Shown here: piece after piece, positions 24,337-36,722 of the stretch
Position numbering within the stretch: the stretch's first letter is position 1
Layout: each line of letters begins with the position of its first letter
Assembly: GCA_018398765.1 (NCBI GenBank)
Contig: JAHBMJ010000379.1
Coordinates: 1-48,754 of the forward strand
Length of the DNA stretch: 48,754 nucleotides
Origin: Chromera velia
Taxonomy: Eukaryota
Direction: 5' to 3'
Translations under genes and position numbers: made by a program
Notes under the pieces: generated by a model
Told to the model about the DNA's origin: nothing
The model's input: only the letters and a program-made list of their open reading frames with translations
The model's database searches: none

Positions 24337-26991
24337 CTATCCTGTAGTTTGTTTTGCAATGTAAGTGAACGGCAGCTCCCGAATCTCTCGAATTGTTCCT
24401 ATCTGCAGGCGTAAAGACGAACAGCAAAGAATTGAGCAGATGAAGGAAGAGAGGAAGGGACGGGACACAAAGAGAACATAGAAGGTCAGCACCTTGCAAA
24501 TGATTCAGTTTTTGGCCAATTTTTGAATGTTTTGTTTATCTTACTCACTTCCCTTGCCGGCTGTAAACCAACAGAAAACTCACCCACCGACCTAATAAAA
24601 AAACGAAATGCGAACTTGACTGAGAGGGAAAGTGACCAAATGGACACAGACTTTGAAAGGCAACGACAGTGAATCAACACAAAAAGACAACATGAAGAAG
24701 GTGGCATGCAATGAATCGGCACGCACCCCCGCTGAAATACACAAATGTCCTAGGCGATCTCTTCTCATCCGACTGGTTCCCAAGGCAACCTGCATGGCCG
24801 AAATTGTCGAGACGCCGAGAGACACCAAAAGACTCCCGAGACTTTACTTTTGCTTCCTCCTTGATTGAAACAGTTGATAAATGCCAGCGACCATCAGTCA
24901 GACAAGATCATACATGAAGATCTCAAACAAGGAGAGCCAACCTTATCGTCTAATCTCACGATAGCCCTCCTTCGTTCCTCGTTCCCCGGAATATCATCCA
25001 ACCCCTTCACGAAAGGTTCCACTGACAGAAGCATACCAGTCTTTCCCTTGTCAGGGCCTGAAAGAGAAAAAGCATCAGAAGAGAAGCCAAACAAGATCCA
25101 GCGAGGCATTCAATTACACCCAAGCTCATACACCATGCAAGCAAAGGCAAAAGAGAAATGGGCAAAGAAGCCACAGAGACATAGTATCAAGAGCAAGACA
25201 AAAGCTTAGAGGTATCTATCGATAGATCTTCTCCCCCCATACACTTCCCCTGCAAAGAAAATCAGCAACATCATCTATACCCAAATCGCCAAAGGAGCCG
25301 GTGGGTGCACAAATGTCTGTCTGTCTGGAAGGCCGACCTTTGATGAGCAGAACAGGGTCTGTCGGGAAGGGTGGATTCTTCTCTGGGGGTTGGTATCTCA
25401 GCTGGCTGTTGGATATTTGCTGCGAAAAAAATCGAAGCAAGAGAGGACATCTGAGGATGATGAGAGGGAAGATGACACTAAGGAGGTGGTGAAGGCAAAC
25501 CAATCCACGAAAGCAGAGGGAAAGAACTTTTCACACGGGGACACACTAAGGGATGACAAACGAAATTCGGTGAACCTGATGAACAACGTCAGATTTGTAT
25601 TGTTTGACACAACTGTCCAAAATAATCACAAAAACCTCAATGTCCGACGGACCGAGAAGAACATTTCTGTCGACACTACAGGGTCATAAGCGCCATAGAG
25701 GTCCCCTGCCTTCAGGTATCTGCGGAAGGAGAATGAGAACGTGTTTATTTTCATACAGAATTTATTTTCATACACTAGGAAAAAAAGAAAAAAAGCGCCA
25801 TAGAGGTCCCCTGGTATCTGCGGAAGGAGAATGAGAACGAAAGAAGCATCCAACTGATCTAGGATGGACAGAGGGATGTCTACGGATGCAGGTGCGAGAA
25901 AGGGGAAGAAGAGAGACCTTGGTAAAGGTGGAGCAAGTACTTTTGCTTTTCCTGCGAGAAGTGGGAGCAGCCCTGAGTAAGCCGACCTGAGAAAATCCAG
26001 CAGTGCAGTGCTTTTTTCTTGTGCAGTCTGTCTCACACACATGCAGATGTTGGCAGAAGCCTGGAGGCAAAAAACAAACAGACGCACAGGCACCCACACC
26101 ACACCGAAACTCTCCACAAAACCATTTGAAGCAAACCAACCCAAAAGCTGTCTGCCCGTTAGAACAAGGAAACAACCCGCCCCCACCTATCGAATGCCAA
26201 TGCAATCTGCCCGTAGGCAGCGAGAATGTCCATCTTGCTGCGTGTCTCCACAACCCGTCGCAGTTGCGCCACAGCGCCGTAGAAGCTTCCCACCTACACG
26301 AAAGCATGCAACATGCCATGCATGCAGCAGTGAAATGAAAACAAATCAGTCCTTCTGCCTGGATCACGAGATGAGCAGGCAAGATGAGCCGACAAGCAGG
26401 GGGGAGCGGTGAAGGGGTGAGGCTGGGCAAACGGAGGGTCGATAAAAAAAACGACCGGCTCAATTCTTTCAGCAGAGGTCCATTCCATTTCTCTGTTGGG
26501 AAAGACTATTTGCCGCCTGTGATATGATTGTCCCATGTACGACGGAATCCTGCATGCCAACTAACAGCGTATCTGAGTGCGAATCTGGTGTTCTTGTCAA
26601 CCTCGTCGTCTCCGGGAAACGCTTGGTCTGTGTACTTTGTGAACAGAGGCAGGAAGGTCTTGAACTGCTCTGGATACTCGTCAACCAACTCCCATTCCTG
26701 AAGACAGACATGCAGACACACAGGCAGGCAGGCAGAGAGAAGGAAGAAGGGCCACAGCCGTGCGAATGAGGACTGACACTGATCACTGCTTGTTCTCGTC
26801 TACTGAGTCCTACTCCCGAAAAGAAAGAGAGCCGAGCATCGCGTCAAATTCGTATAAAACAACTGGCCGGAGAAAATCAAGAACGCCAATTGTTCGGCTC
26901 CCATGCAGTACAAATCCAAATCCCAAAAAAGCACCAAGAGTCAGACTGCAACTCAGTCAGGTTTAATTCTGATAGAGAGAAAACATGCGAC

Positions 26992-27029
<38 letters not shown>

Positions 27030-27329
27030 GGGATGAAGAGCGAAACCAAAAGACGGAAGGAAACAGGGAGGGAGGAAGAGAGGCAGGTCATGGCGCGCCA
27101 CTTCGCCTGAACTCCTAAAAACAGGCAGAGAGACGGTCGGCCTTTTCTGCCTTGTTGCATTGACCGTATTTGGTCACAAGCATCAAGGAACGGCAGAAGG
27201 GGAGGAGTGAGAGGTGGCCCACAGGCAATCAAAGCGACAGCGCACCGGACAGAAAACACACACGAGCAGACAAGCAAGCGAACAAGCACATACATACACC
27301 CACGCAAGCAAGCAAGCAAGCAGGAAAAG

Positions 27330-27371
<42 letters not shown>

Positions 27372-27438
27372 ACTACCTTACACTACCTTACACACACACA
27401 CATTCATGCGCACGCACACGCACACGCACACGCGCGCG

Positions 27439-27484
<46 letters not shown>

Positions 27485-27556
27485 CACAAGCACGCACACA
27501 CACAAGCACGCACACACACAAGCACGCACACACACAAGCACGCACACACACAAGCA

Positions 27557-27634
<78 letters not shown>

Positions 27635-28387
27635 TGGGAAAGCAGAGCAGACCTGTGCAAGCAGCTCTCTCGACAGAGCAGGCTCAAACGACATAGAGAA
27701 AAGAAGCATGTACAAAACAAGCGTCAGCTACAGTGACGGACGAGATAAGTAGAGTTCGGGAGAAAGGGCGAGAGGGCGGCAGGGGGGAGAAGAGGTAGAC
27801 GGACACACAAATCCAGAGAAAGAACTAAGGAGAAGGCAGACTGACCGGACAAAGAGCAGACTGAGAGAGGCAGGAAGAGATTGCCGAGACATCAGGTGAT
27901 GCATCATTGGCATGTGTGATTGAGTGACTGACTGACTGACCTCATCCATGATATCCTTCTCCAGTTGCTCCAGTGTCGTTGCGATTGCCCTGATCCGTGG
28001 GGCTGCCTTCTGGGTGTATGCTGTGTTCTTTGCAGCCTCAGAAGGAAGAGGGGAAGCTGATCCTTGGAGACCGAGAACGCCCCCAGCCACGGCAAGCTCT
28101 AGATTTCTTAAACGTGTTCGTAGTCTGGATCGTCTGGAGGTCTCTGACTGTCGATCTCTGTTCTCCGTCTCCATGCCTGTCTCTCCTGTCTCCTGCGGTT
28201 CGGCAGCCGTCTCCTCCTCATGTGCTCGTAGTGATGGTTCGCGTATTCGCGAAAACTCTGATCTATGCATGAAGCAGTCGTGCACCAACGAGATGGAAGG
28301 TTGCCGTAACAAAAAAGCAGACGAGAAGCGCCCCTTGGCAACGCAAAGGAAGCCAAGGGTAAGGACGAAGACAGACAAGCAACACAT
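24337..28387 (-). CDS. Probable plastid (thylakoid-lumen)-targeted protein of unknown function with KOW-like C-terminal segment
   Basis: Seven phase-compatible exons: 28387-27941, 26697-26566, 26293-26187, 25719-25653, 25419-25338, 25057-24942 and 24402-24337. N-terminus is a hydrophobic signal peptide ending SAF, followed later by RR..hydrophobic..SEA. Core ..AFDRYLKAGDLY.., then VLLIKGPDKGKTGMLLSV..AIVRLD..IREIRELPFTYIAK. Confidence 0.8.
27331..27630. repeat. (CA)n/(CG)n/(GA)n compound microsatellite, intronic
   Basis: Directly visible. Confidence 0.95.
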
Positions 28388-28590
28388 AGACGGAACTCAG
28401 CTCCCTCTCCGAGGACTGCCTTTGAAGAACCTGGAACAGACTGCACTGGAAGGACAGGACAACGAGAATCTGCGCAACGTCATCATGCACATCTGCAGGA
28501 AAGTCCGCAGGAGCAGCTGTCAAGTGGTCTCTTAATTGTAGCAAATCTCGACCGTTCAAGATTCGAGGTCGCTCGTACGCGTGGATCACA

Positions 28591-28645
28591 GGGCCCGCGC
28601 GGGCCCGTGCATGGGGGCCCGTGGTATGCCGGGGCCCCCGTGCAC
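28591..28645. promoter_or_regulatory. GGGCCC cluster including 16-bp palindrome, ~200 bp upstream of the plastid-protein start
   Basis: GGGCCCGCGCGGGCCC (28591-28606) plus two more GGGCCC; same motif family as 7217-7250. Confidence 0.45.
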
Positions 28646-29399
28646 GCTTGCATGATCATTTGTTACGTTTTTTTTTTCCCAGTCCGCGTCGAAGTGTCGA
28701 TCAGTTCTTCGATCATACATGATCTGATTCTTCGCGATCGCGAAACCTTTATCGGAAGCAATGACGGGATCTCCTGACTTCTAGCTACCTTTGAGCATAT
28801 ATAGAAAGGTCACATGACAGCCGTGTCAATCACCACTGATTTAAAGTCTGATTATAGCTAAGCCGGACGTCACAGATTCCAAATTGGAACAAAAAAAAAT
28901 TTTTTCGCACAAAAATCTGATGCTATCCTATTCTATAAATCAGTGTGTACCATATTAAATACTGAACATGAAATGAAATGAAAGTTTGACTATGCTAGAG
29001 TGGAGCCGTACTCCCAGTAGCCCATGTTCATGCAAGAGATCGTCAACCACTCAACTCTAAAGACAAAGCTAAGCGCGAGATCCCCTGAAGTGCATGCTTG
29101 GTGAACTGAGACACTGAGCTCACGAACAACATGCGCATTGAAGGTGGCAGAAGAAGAGATCGTGGTCATATAGAAGTAGGCGTGCACAGTGAGTAACAAA
29201 GGTCGCAAACGGCTTTGTATGCTTCATATGGATCGACTTGTAAAGCTGAAAGCAACATCTTCCTCGCTTCCATTTTGGCTGCATCCGATCCCTCAATTCC
29301 TTCTCTCTAAATCTTTTGCTTTACTTTCTTTCCCACTACTAGTTTGCTTAGTTTATTTCTTGCTTCTGTCCAATTAGAGCATACTGAAAGCCGGTACCA

Positions 29400-32300
29400 G
29401 AGATCATCAATTTTTCTTCGATTTGAACAACCCTCTACCTACCAGTCCTTTTCAATTTAGTATCAGTGCCCTTAAGAGTGGTTGAATCTTCTCATATAAT
29501 GCACCTTTCGGTAAACAGGATATTCGTACCTTGGGGTCATTCCTTGAAGACAAAAGAAACAGAGAAGAACGCGAAGAGGATGGAAGAACTCTCTGTTACA
29601 CAGTAGTCCTGATAAAGAGGCAGACAGGGGAAAGTCGCCCCCTTCTTCCCTACTTCCCTTTTTTATGCACTCCATTCCCTAAGCATCCTCAATTTTCGCA
29701 GAAATAAACAAATTCCCCTTTAGGGTCCGTCCTTCTAAACTCCGGAGAGGGAGAGACATCAAAAAGTTAAGGCCTGCCCATCTGAGCAGACCATTGACGG
29801 CTCTCCCTACTAGGGCTCTCCTATGCTTCTGCCCTGCTGGTTCCTTCCATAAATTCAAAAGAGCCTGAGGAATATGGAGATGTAAACGGCTAAGTGCGAT
29901 CCAAAATTAAGCAAAACGAGCACATAAGAGTGCGCGAGCAGACATTAAATTAACCGACAAAAGAAAAGGTATACGTAAACTCCTGACCGGAAGTTAGGCC
30001 GCCCATCAAACAAACCGGAGGCGTAAGTTGTCAATCGCCTCCCAGTTTCCTTGTCTTATCGGGAAACACTCCAGGCTATAGAGTGCCACCGGCTCCCAGC
30101 ATGCCTTCAGTAGCTGCATCCACGGTTTGCCCTGTTCGGACAGACAAACTACTACAATCGATGCCCTGCATACTCTAGCATAATCTGGGTAAATACTATT
30201 AAAATACTAGGTATTTATTTTTTATAAAAAAAAACAGTAGGCATTATTTTAGTAAACTAAAAAAAATGCTATAGAATTTTTTTTAGTATGTTTCATAGTA
30301 ACATCTACGATAATACATGGTACAACAATAGCAGATAAAATTGTTTTAAATTGATTGTTTAGAGTGATATAAGCTTGATTAAATGAATATATAGATAGAT
30401 ACTAACTTCTGGAAAGTTCATGACAAGACTGCTGTCTGATCGATGTCTCAGGTCATGCATACGCATATATCTCTGCATCATCATCATCATCATACGCCAT
30501 CGCTATCGGCCTATAAATAGGCGTCTAGCGTTCGGCGGCAACGTACGATCGAGGCAGTTCAGTTCTTTACACCAGCAGTTCACTTTAATTTATACTTAAT
30601 TCAAACCAGGATGCTTCTTTTTAAACTTTTCTATTTTGCATTATAAGTCAATTTACTTCTATTGTTGAAAGAATGAATTGCTGAATTTCAAACAGTGCCA
30701 ATCTTGATATTATAAAAATGCTAGACATTTTTTATTTTTACTATAGTGCATGCCCTAGCATGATTTTAGAAATACTAAGCACCTACAGTATAACATGCCC
30801 TAACTACCCTAGTGTTTCCCTAGTAAATTTTATTTAAATGCTAGTGTAATTTTAGTATTTACCTAGTAGTTTGTCTGTCCGAACAGGGCAAACCATATCT
30901 TTCTCCCGAGAGGCAACCCAGACAGACTCGCAGCCACTGACAGACCAATCACTGCCCCCATCGTACGCTCTGCACTGTGTGGGCGCGCTTCAATTGACCA
31001 AGTCAAATCCCCTCCCTTAAAGAGAAGATAACCCAAATATTTATACTAATCAGACTACTCTACTTCCTTCCTTTGATACAAAATCATGCCGTTACAGTCC
31101 TCGCATTGTTCACAAAGGCGCAGGACTTTAATTTTCTTTAAATTGACATTCAACCCCCACTTTTTGCAATATACCTCCAGGGCATCAAACTTTGTTTAGA
31201 GGTCGGATGCTGAGTGTGCAAACAAAACATAAACAAAATAAGATCATCAGCGTAGCCTATACTTCCTAAGCTGGCCCCAGTAAGGTGAACCCCCTCCGTT
31301 TCCTTTCCATCTCCCCGTTTTGAAATTCCCTTCTGAATCTCATCATACAGATCATTAATGAATAGAAGAAAAAGTGACGGGGATAACGTATCACCTTGCT
31401 TAACTCTTACTCCCTCAGGGAACAGAGCCGAGTCCCCATCGACCCTCGTTTTCACGCCCTTGTATATTGATGCAATCATCAGCTAATCTCTCTTCTCAAT
31501 CCCCTCAGCCTGCAGCTGTGCCAGAAGCTTCAGCCGAGGGATGGAGTCAAACGCTAGGTCAAACGCTTTTGAGAAATCTACAAATCTGCTCAAGAGCCCT
31601 TTTTCACCTCTTCTGCATTCTTGTACCAAGACTATCACTGCTCCAATCCCCTCCCTTGTACCCACTCCTTTCTAGAACCCAATCTACCTGTCGTCAAAAC
31701 GAGCTTGCTAACGGATTCGAAGAGCTTTGCAAGGGGGTTTACGACTTTTTCGGACATAGACTGGTCGCCAGTCATTTGGCGGTGGTGAAAGGGGACCTTT
31801 GAGGACGGGTACAATTCTCAACAAATTCCAGTTATTAGGCCAACATGCATATGCATACATTAAATTAAAGAAGACAAATAAAAGAAAGCCAGAGATGGGG
31901 GAGTGATAAAAACAAAGGTCGATTTGTTGAGGAGAGATGCCATCCAGTCCTGTCGCTTTCTTCCTATCCATTCCTTTCAGACGATCAATCACCTGCTTAT
32001 ACGAGAAAATGAATTGCTTTGGGGGCTCCGGCTCCAGATCTGGCTCTTGCAATTCTTCGCCCTCCCTACAAACCTGTGCTCAATGGTTTGAGAAGTCTCT
32101 TACCCCTGGTCTCAGACCGTCTTTTGACAACTTTCTCCTGTGAAATTCTTTCTACAGGAAGAGAGGGTCATTAAGCAATTGTGTCTTCGCTTTTTCAGTT
32201 TCAGCTCTCTCATACCTTTTTCTTTTCTACCGGAAAATCTCCTTCCTTTTTTTTAAGATGTCTTCCACTCTCTCCTGCTTCAACTCTTTCTCCATCCCAC

Positions 32301-32790
32301 TTGCACAGTCCTCAACTTCTTTCCTTGTTTTCTTTAAGCATTCTTACAGCTTCTTACATTCCTCACCCGACCACCCTTGTTTCTCTCTAGTAAACAACTT
32401 TTTAAAAATAGGCGACTGTTGTTTCTCTGTTGCTTTTGCTTTTACTTCTTTCACCGGCCCGACCAACACCCAACACTAGGCCGTGGCCAAGGCCTTCACC
32501 CGGTCTTTCCTCTCTTGGGGGCTTTTATACTGTATCACAGTGGAAGAAGTCAGAAAGGAGGGCAAAAAGGCTGTCGAGGAGGGTGGGGGGAAGACACCGG
32601 AGGGGATGGGGAAACGGGAGGCTCTTCGAAGGGTTCAACTTCTCTATGATGCTCCCAGAGTCCCTGCCATGTCTCCTCCACTAGCTCTCTTGCCGCTGCC
32701 GCTATCGGTAATAAATCTTCATCCTTCACTGCTGCCTTTCTGACGGATCTGTAAAGCGGAGGGCACTTTCCCGCAGCCTTAAGCGAAGAA
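29400..32790 (-). mobile_element. Decayed non-LTR retrotransposon (LINE) with reverse transcriptase; boundaries approximate
   Basis: KATGLDGI, IVPVLKG..NDWRP, FVDFSKAFD, GVRVKQGDTLSPSLFLLFINDL, YADDLILF, YKYLG and post-RT LPLGRKMQLLKACWEPVALYSLECF, with frameshifts and in-frame TAG stops. Confidence 0.9.
30121..30897. mobile_element. 777-bp non-autonomous TIR element (CAC terminus, 2-bp TC TSD; CACTA/Mirage-like) nested in the LINE
   Basis: TC|CACGGTTTGCCCTGTTCGGACAGACAAACTACTA ... TAGTAGTTTGTCTGTCCGAACAGGGCAAACCATA|TC. Removing it plus one TC restores the LINE frame (GRK-MQLL). Confidence 0.88.
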
Positions 32791-32992
32791 GAGAGGAGAG
32801 AGAACTAACACAAAGGTATACATCATCAGCTCTGAAGACCATCATCTAACCATGTAATCAATATAATCATGTGTTAGCTAGTGTTAGCATCTACGCTATA
32901 TCTAAGCTAACTACGTCCTTAAGTTAGAATTTACGGCAGTGACGGTGAAGACTCACATTCACTTCCGGATTCATTTAGAGATGACTGTCTCT

Positions 32993-34318
32993 CTATGCAA
33001 AGAGCAGAACGTAGTCAAACAGAGACCTGGCTCCAGAAGACTCCATCTCCCCCACTGTGTCAGCGAATCTCCCATCAAGGTCTCTGTCTGCTGCCTTCCA
33101 CCTTGCCGCCGTCTCCTCTTCCTCCTTCAAAACTGCCAGGAAAAGGTGGGAGTCCACGCCCCCCACTGCGGAAGCCGTGGCGTCAAGCTCCCGTCTCTGC
33201 ACGTCGCGCCTCGCGTTCTCCACCCTCCTCTCCATGTACAGCTGGTTCAGTCGGTGCACCCAAACTCTGCAGTTTAACCCATGGATGTGTGTAAATGCAT
33301 ATGTGTATGTAAATGTGTACATACGTGCTCGTGTGTGTATCTGTCGGCGCGTCTGTGAATGCCACGAAACTTTATTCTGCGAAGGCTTGCTTTGGGCGCA
33401 GCACTCTTTGAGTAGAAGGAGAGATGAAACGGCCAGTCAAGAGAGAGGGCTGAGCTAGGGCCAGGGCGGGGGAAAGGAATGGAGGCAGACCGACGCGCAG
33501 AGGGATTCTGGAAAGAGTTCACGAAGAACACTTTGTTTGTCTGTGTGTTCATTGAAGGGATCGAGCACCTGCTTGTCTGACTGACTGCTTGGAGAAGGGT
33601 ATATGGGCACTTGCCCGAGCCGCCGTCTTCCTGTACAACAGCACAAGCCGTTCTGCCGACTCCAGCGCCATCTCTTCGGCACTCAGCACTCTCCTCTCTC
33701 CGTCGGACATCCTCCGACGCCACGACCGGGGCCGAGGGGCGTCTTCAAAGAGAACGGTGACTGGGGCGTCGTTGAGAGAGAGCGGATCGCCCCGGAGGAT
33801 CACCCCTGACGCAATCGCGTTGAGATAGAGAAGCCAAATACGTTCACGCTCACCCGACGGCACTCCTTTTTGGACGGAAGAAGAAAACGGAGACAGAGGG
33901 ACGGAACGCTGTCTCTCCAGTGCGCCCTCACACAAGTGAACGATGCGACTCAAAGAGGGACGCCCACAGGAGAACTCTGACTGGAGGAGGTGAAACAAAG
34001 CCTCAGAGGGCAAATCCACATTTTCAGAGTTACACATCAGATCACTATCTTCTCCCTCCACTGCTCGCCCCTCCTCCATCAACCTCATCTCCTCCTTCAG
34101 CCTCAGCACCGTCGCATTTCTTTCCCTTTCCCTCTCTGTCACTCCACCCCCTCCACCACTTGCAGAGACAGAGGACGAAAACGTCTCTTTCTGAGAGGAC
34201 TGGTTGTTGGAGACCACGCCCGTGAGGACTCCTCGAAGCTCTGTCATTCGATTGTGCCGGGAGAGATGCTGCACGCGGCTCGAAGAATTCATACACACGC
34301 ACACGCACGAGCACACGC

Positions 34319-34382
<64 letters not shown>

Positions 34383-35557
34383 GCACGAATGAATGAACAA
34401 AGGAACGGAAACGGACAGGCAGAAAACCAAGAGAGTGTGAACGGATGCGTAGACGTCGAACAACCTGTCCTGTCCCGTTATAAACTCACGCCTAAATACA
34501 AACGAACAAACACAGCATAGAAAAAATGTGAGGAAACAATCCCACGATTTGCTTCTCTCCTGATGGTCAAGATGCAAAGTCCCCTTTTGGTGCTCTCCAA
34601 GTCTCTGCATTTGCAGTCCGTCCCATTGTGCATGTCCTCCGCTTACCTCTGTGAACAGTCTGAGTAAAGAAGAATTGTTCGGAAACAGACGGACAGCCGA
34701 GGTGAGCACCTCTCGGAGAAGTCCCGGGGTACTCTTCGGGTGGGCCTGCAGACAGAGGGGGGAGAGGAGATCGAGGACACCACCGCAAGAAAGAGTACCG
34801 AGAGAGAACAGAGGGGTACGGAAGATGAAGAAGGGCATTTTGAACTCCTTGTGCTGCGCAAGGGGACAAGATGAACCAAAACTATTTGGCATAGAAACAG
34901 ACAAAAGAAAATTACACTTCCTTCATCAGCATTCATTTGCCCCATACATCCCTGTTCAAAGACTGTCCCACATTGGGAAGAAACCAAAAGAGATAACAAG
35001 AAAAACAAATCTGCAGACCAACCAGCAACGCCTGAACGGTCCAGATCCACGCCACCTCCCTTTCTCTCTCTTCTCCATCCACACATCCCAGTTTCCCTCC
35101 TCGCCCTCCTCCCACCACTCTCCCCTTCAAAAAAGGCTCCGCCGCCACCCACGCCTTTCGGGGCCCGTCAATTTCAATTGAGAGAAGGAGGAGACAGAAG
35201 ACGCGACTGAGAAGGTCGGAGGACCAACAGCTGACCGACCCAAAGGAGCCACCACCCCCGTCTCCCTCTACCCTCGTTTCCTTCTCTCCTTCTTCATACA
35301 ATCCTTTCCTCAACTTGCGGAGAGCTGCAAGCCGCCGAGTGCGAGAGGGCTCTAGCACCGCACCTCCCACATCCCCCCCTGCCCCGACAGAGAACTGATG
35401 GGCGAACAGGGAAAAGTCACCCTCGCAAAGACAGCAGGCGATCAGAAGGGACGCCCGAGGAAGCCCAGCGCCCTGCAAACAGAAAGAGTGGGGGGGCAAG
35501 ACAGAGGGAGGAGAGAGTGAAGGACAGTCATGTCGACGATACTACGGATACACAATG

Positions 35558-35592
<35 letters not shown>

Positions 35593-36672
35593 AACAGACA
35601 CACACACACACACACACACACACATGCGTGCGCGGACGGGGGTAAGGAGAGAGAAAGAGAGACCTACGGAGAGAGACGGAGGGGCACACTCGCAGGCACA
35701 GGCACGGCGAGGCATGACACAAGCAGGGCATGCACAGAAACAGCAAGAATTCACTCCAGTCCTGAAATGACGGGAATGGGAGAAACACCACGGTCACATA
35801 CACAAGCAACCTCCAGAAGTTGCTCCCGCGGAAAGATTCTCTGTCACCCACTGAAAGAAAAGGATGCAAGCAAGAAAAACAGTTTTTCCTGTACCCACCC
35901 TCTCGGCTGACCTCCAGAAACGAGCAGCTGCTGTTTGCTGATGAACTCTCATCCACCGGAGAAGGATTTGGAGAGGCGGAAGAATACGAAGAAGAAGAAG
36001 AAGCTGAAGAAGCCGCCGCGGCACTGGAAGCAAGGGTCCTCTCTCTTGCCCACCAGATCTGAAAGCATGGGAAGGGAGGAGGGTCAAAGACTACACAAGA
36101 AGATAGAACGAGGAAGGGACTACCTTTCAAGAAAAGCGCAGAAATTGAAAAAAGACAGATGGGGCGCTTGGGCTCGACATTCATTGTTGTGCACTTGAAA
36201 GCAAGCTTGACGTCTCGGCTTCTTCTCTGCATTCTCTTCTTTCATTGTGCCATTTCTCCCTCCTTTGTTTTCACCTCAACACCTTTTCTGTCTCTGTTCC
36301 TCGCCTTCTATTGCAGACAGCTTCTCTGTCTCCCATTCTTCAAGCACTTGTCCCGCTTGCCTTTCCGTGGCATATCCTTCTTTCTTTTCTGTCGACGCGC
36401 TGACTCACAATTTCGAGATGGGCCCAGAAGGCGGCAATGCGCGCAGCCTCCTCTGTGTCCTTGAACGCAGAGGCAGCAGCGGTGAGGGTGCGCCGGGCCT
36501 GCACAGAGAGACACAGAGAGAGAAGGGAAAAGGCGGCGATCTGGGTACTAAGGAAAAGAAAGGAAGAAGAGCAAGAAAGGGAGTTGAACAGAAACTTCGT
36601 CTTCCATGGAGAGACCACATGAGGTGCAGGAGGTTGCGGAAAAACAGACTCTCTCTCTCACTCTCACTCTCA

Positions 36673-36722
<50 letters not shown>

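Noticed and set aside
28834..28945. Mini CACTG element (CACTGATTTA..TAAATCAGTG)
   Set aside because: Only a 10-bp perfect inverted repeat with no matching TSD and no second copy in the window.
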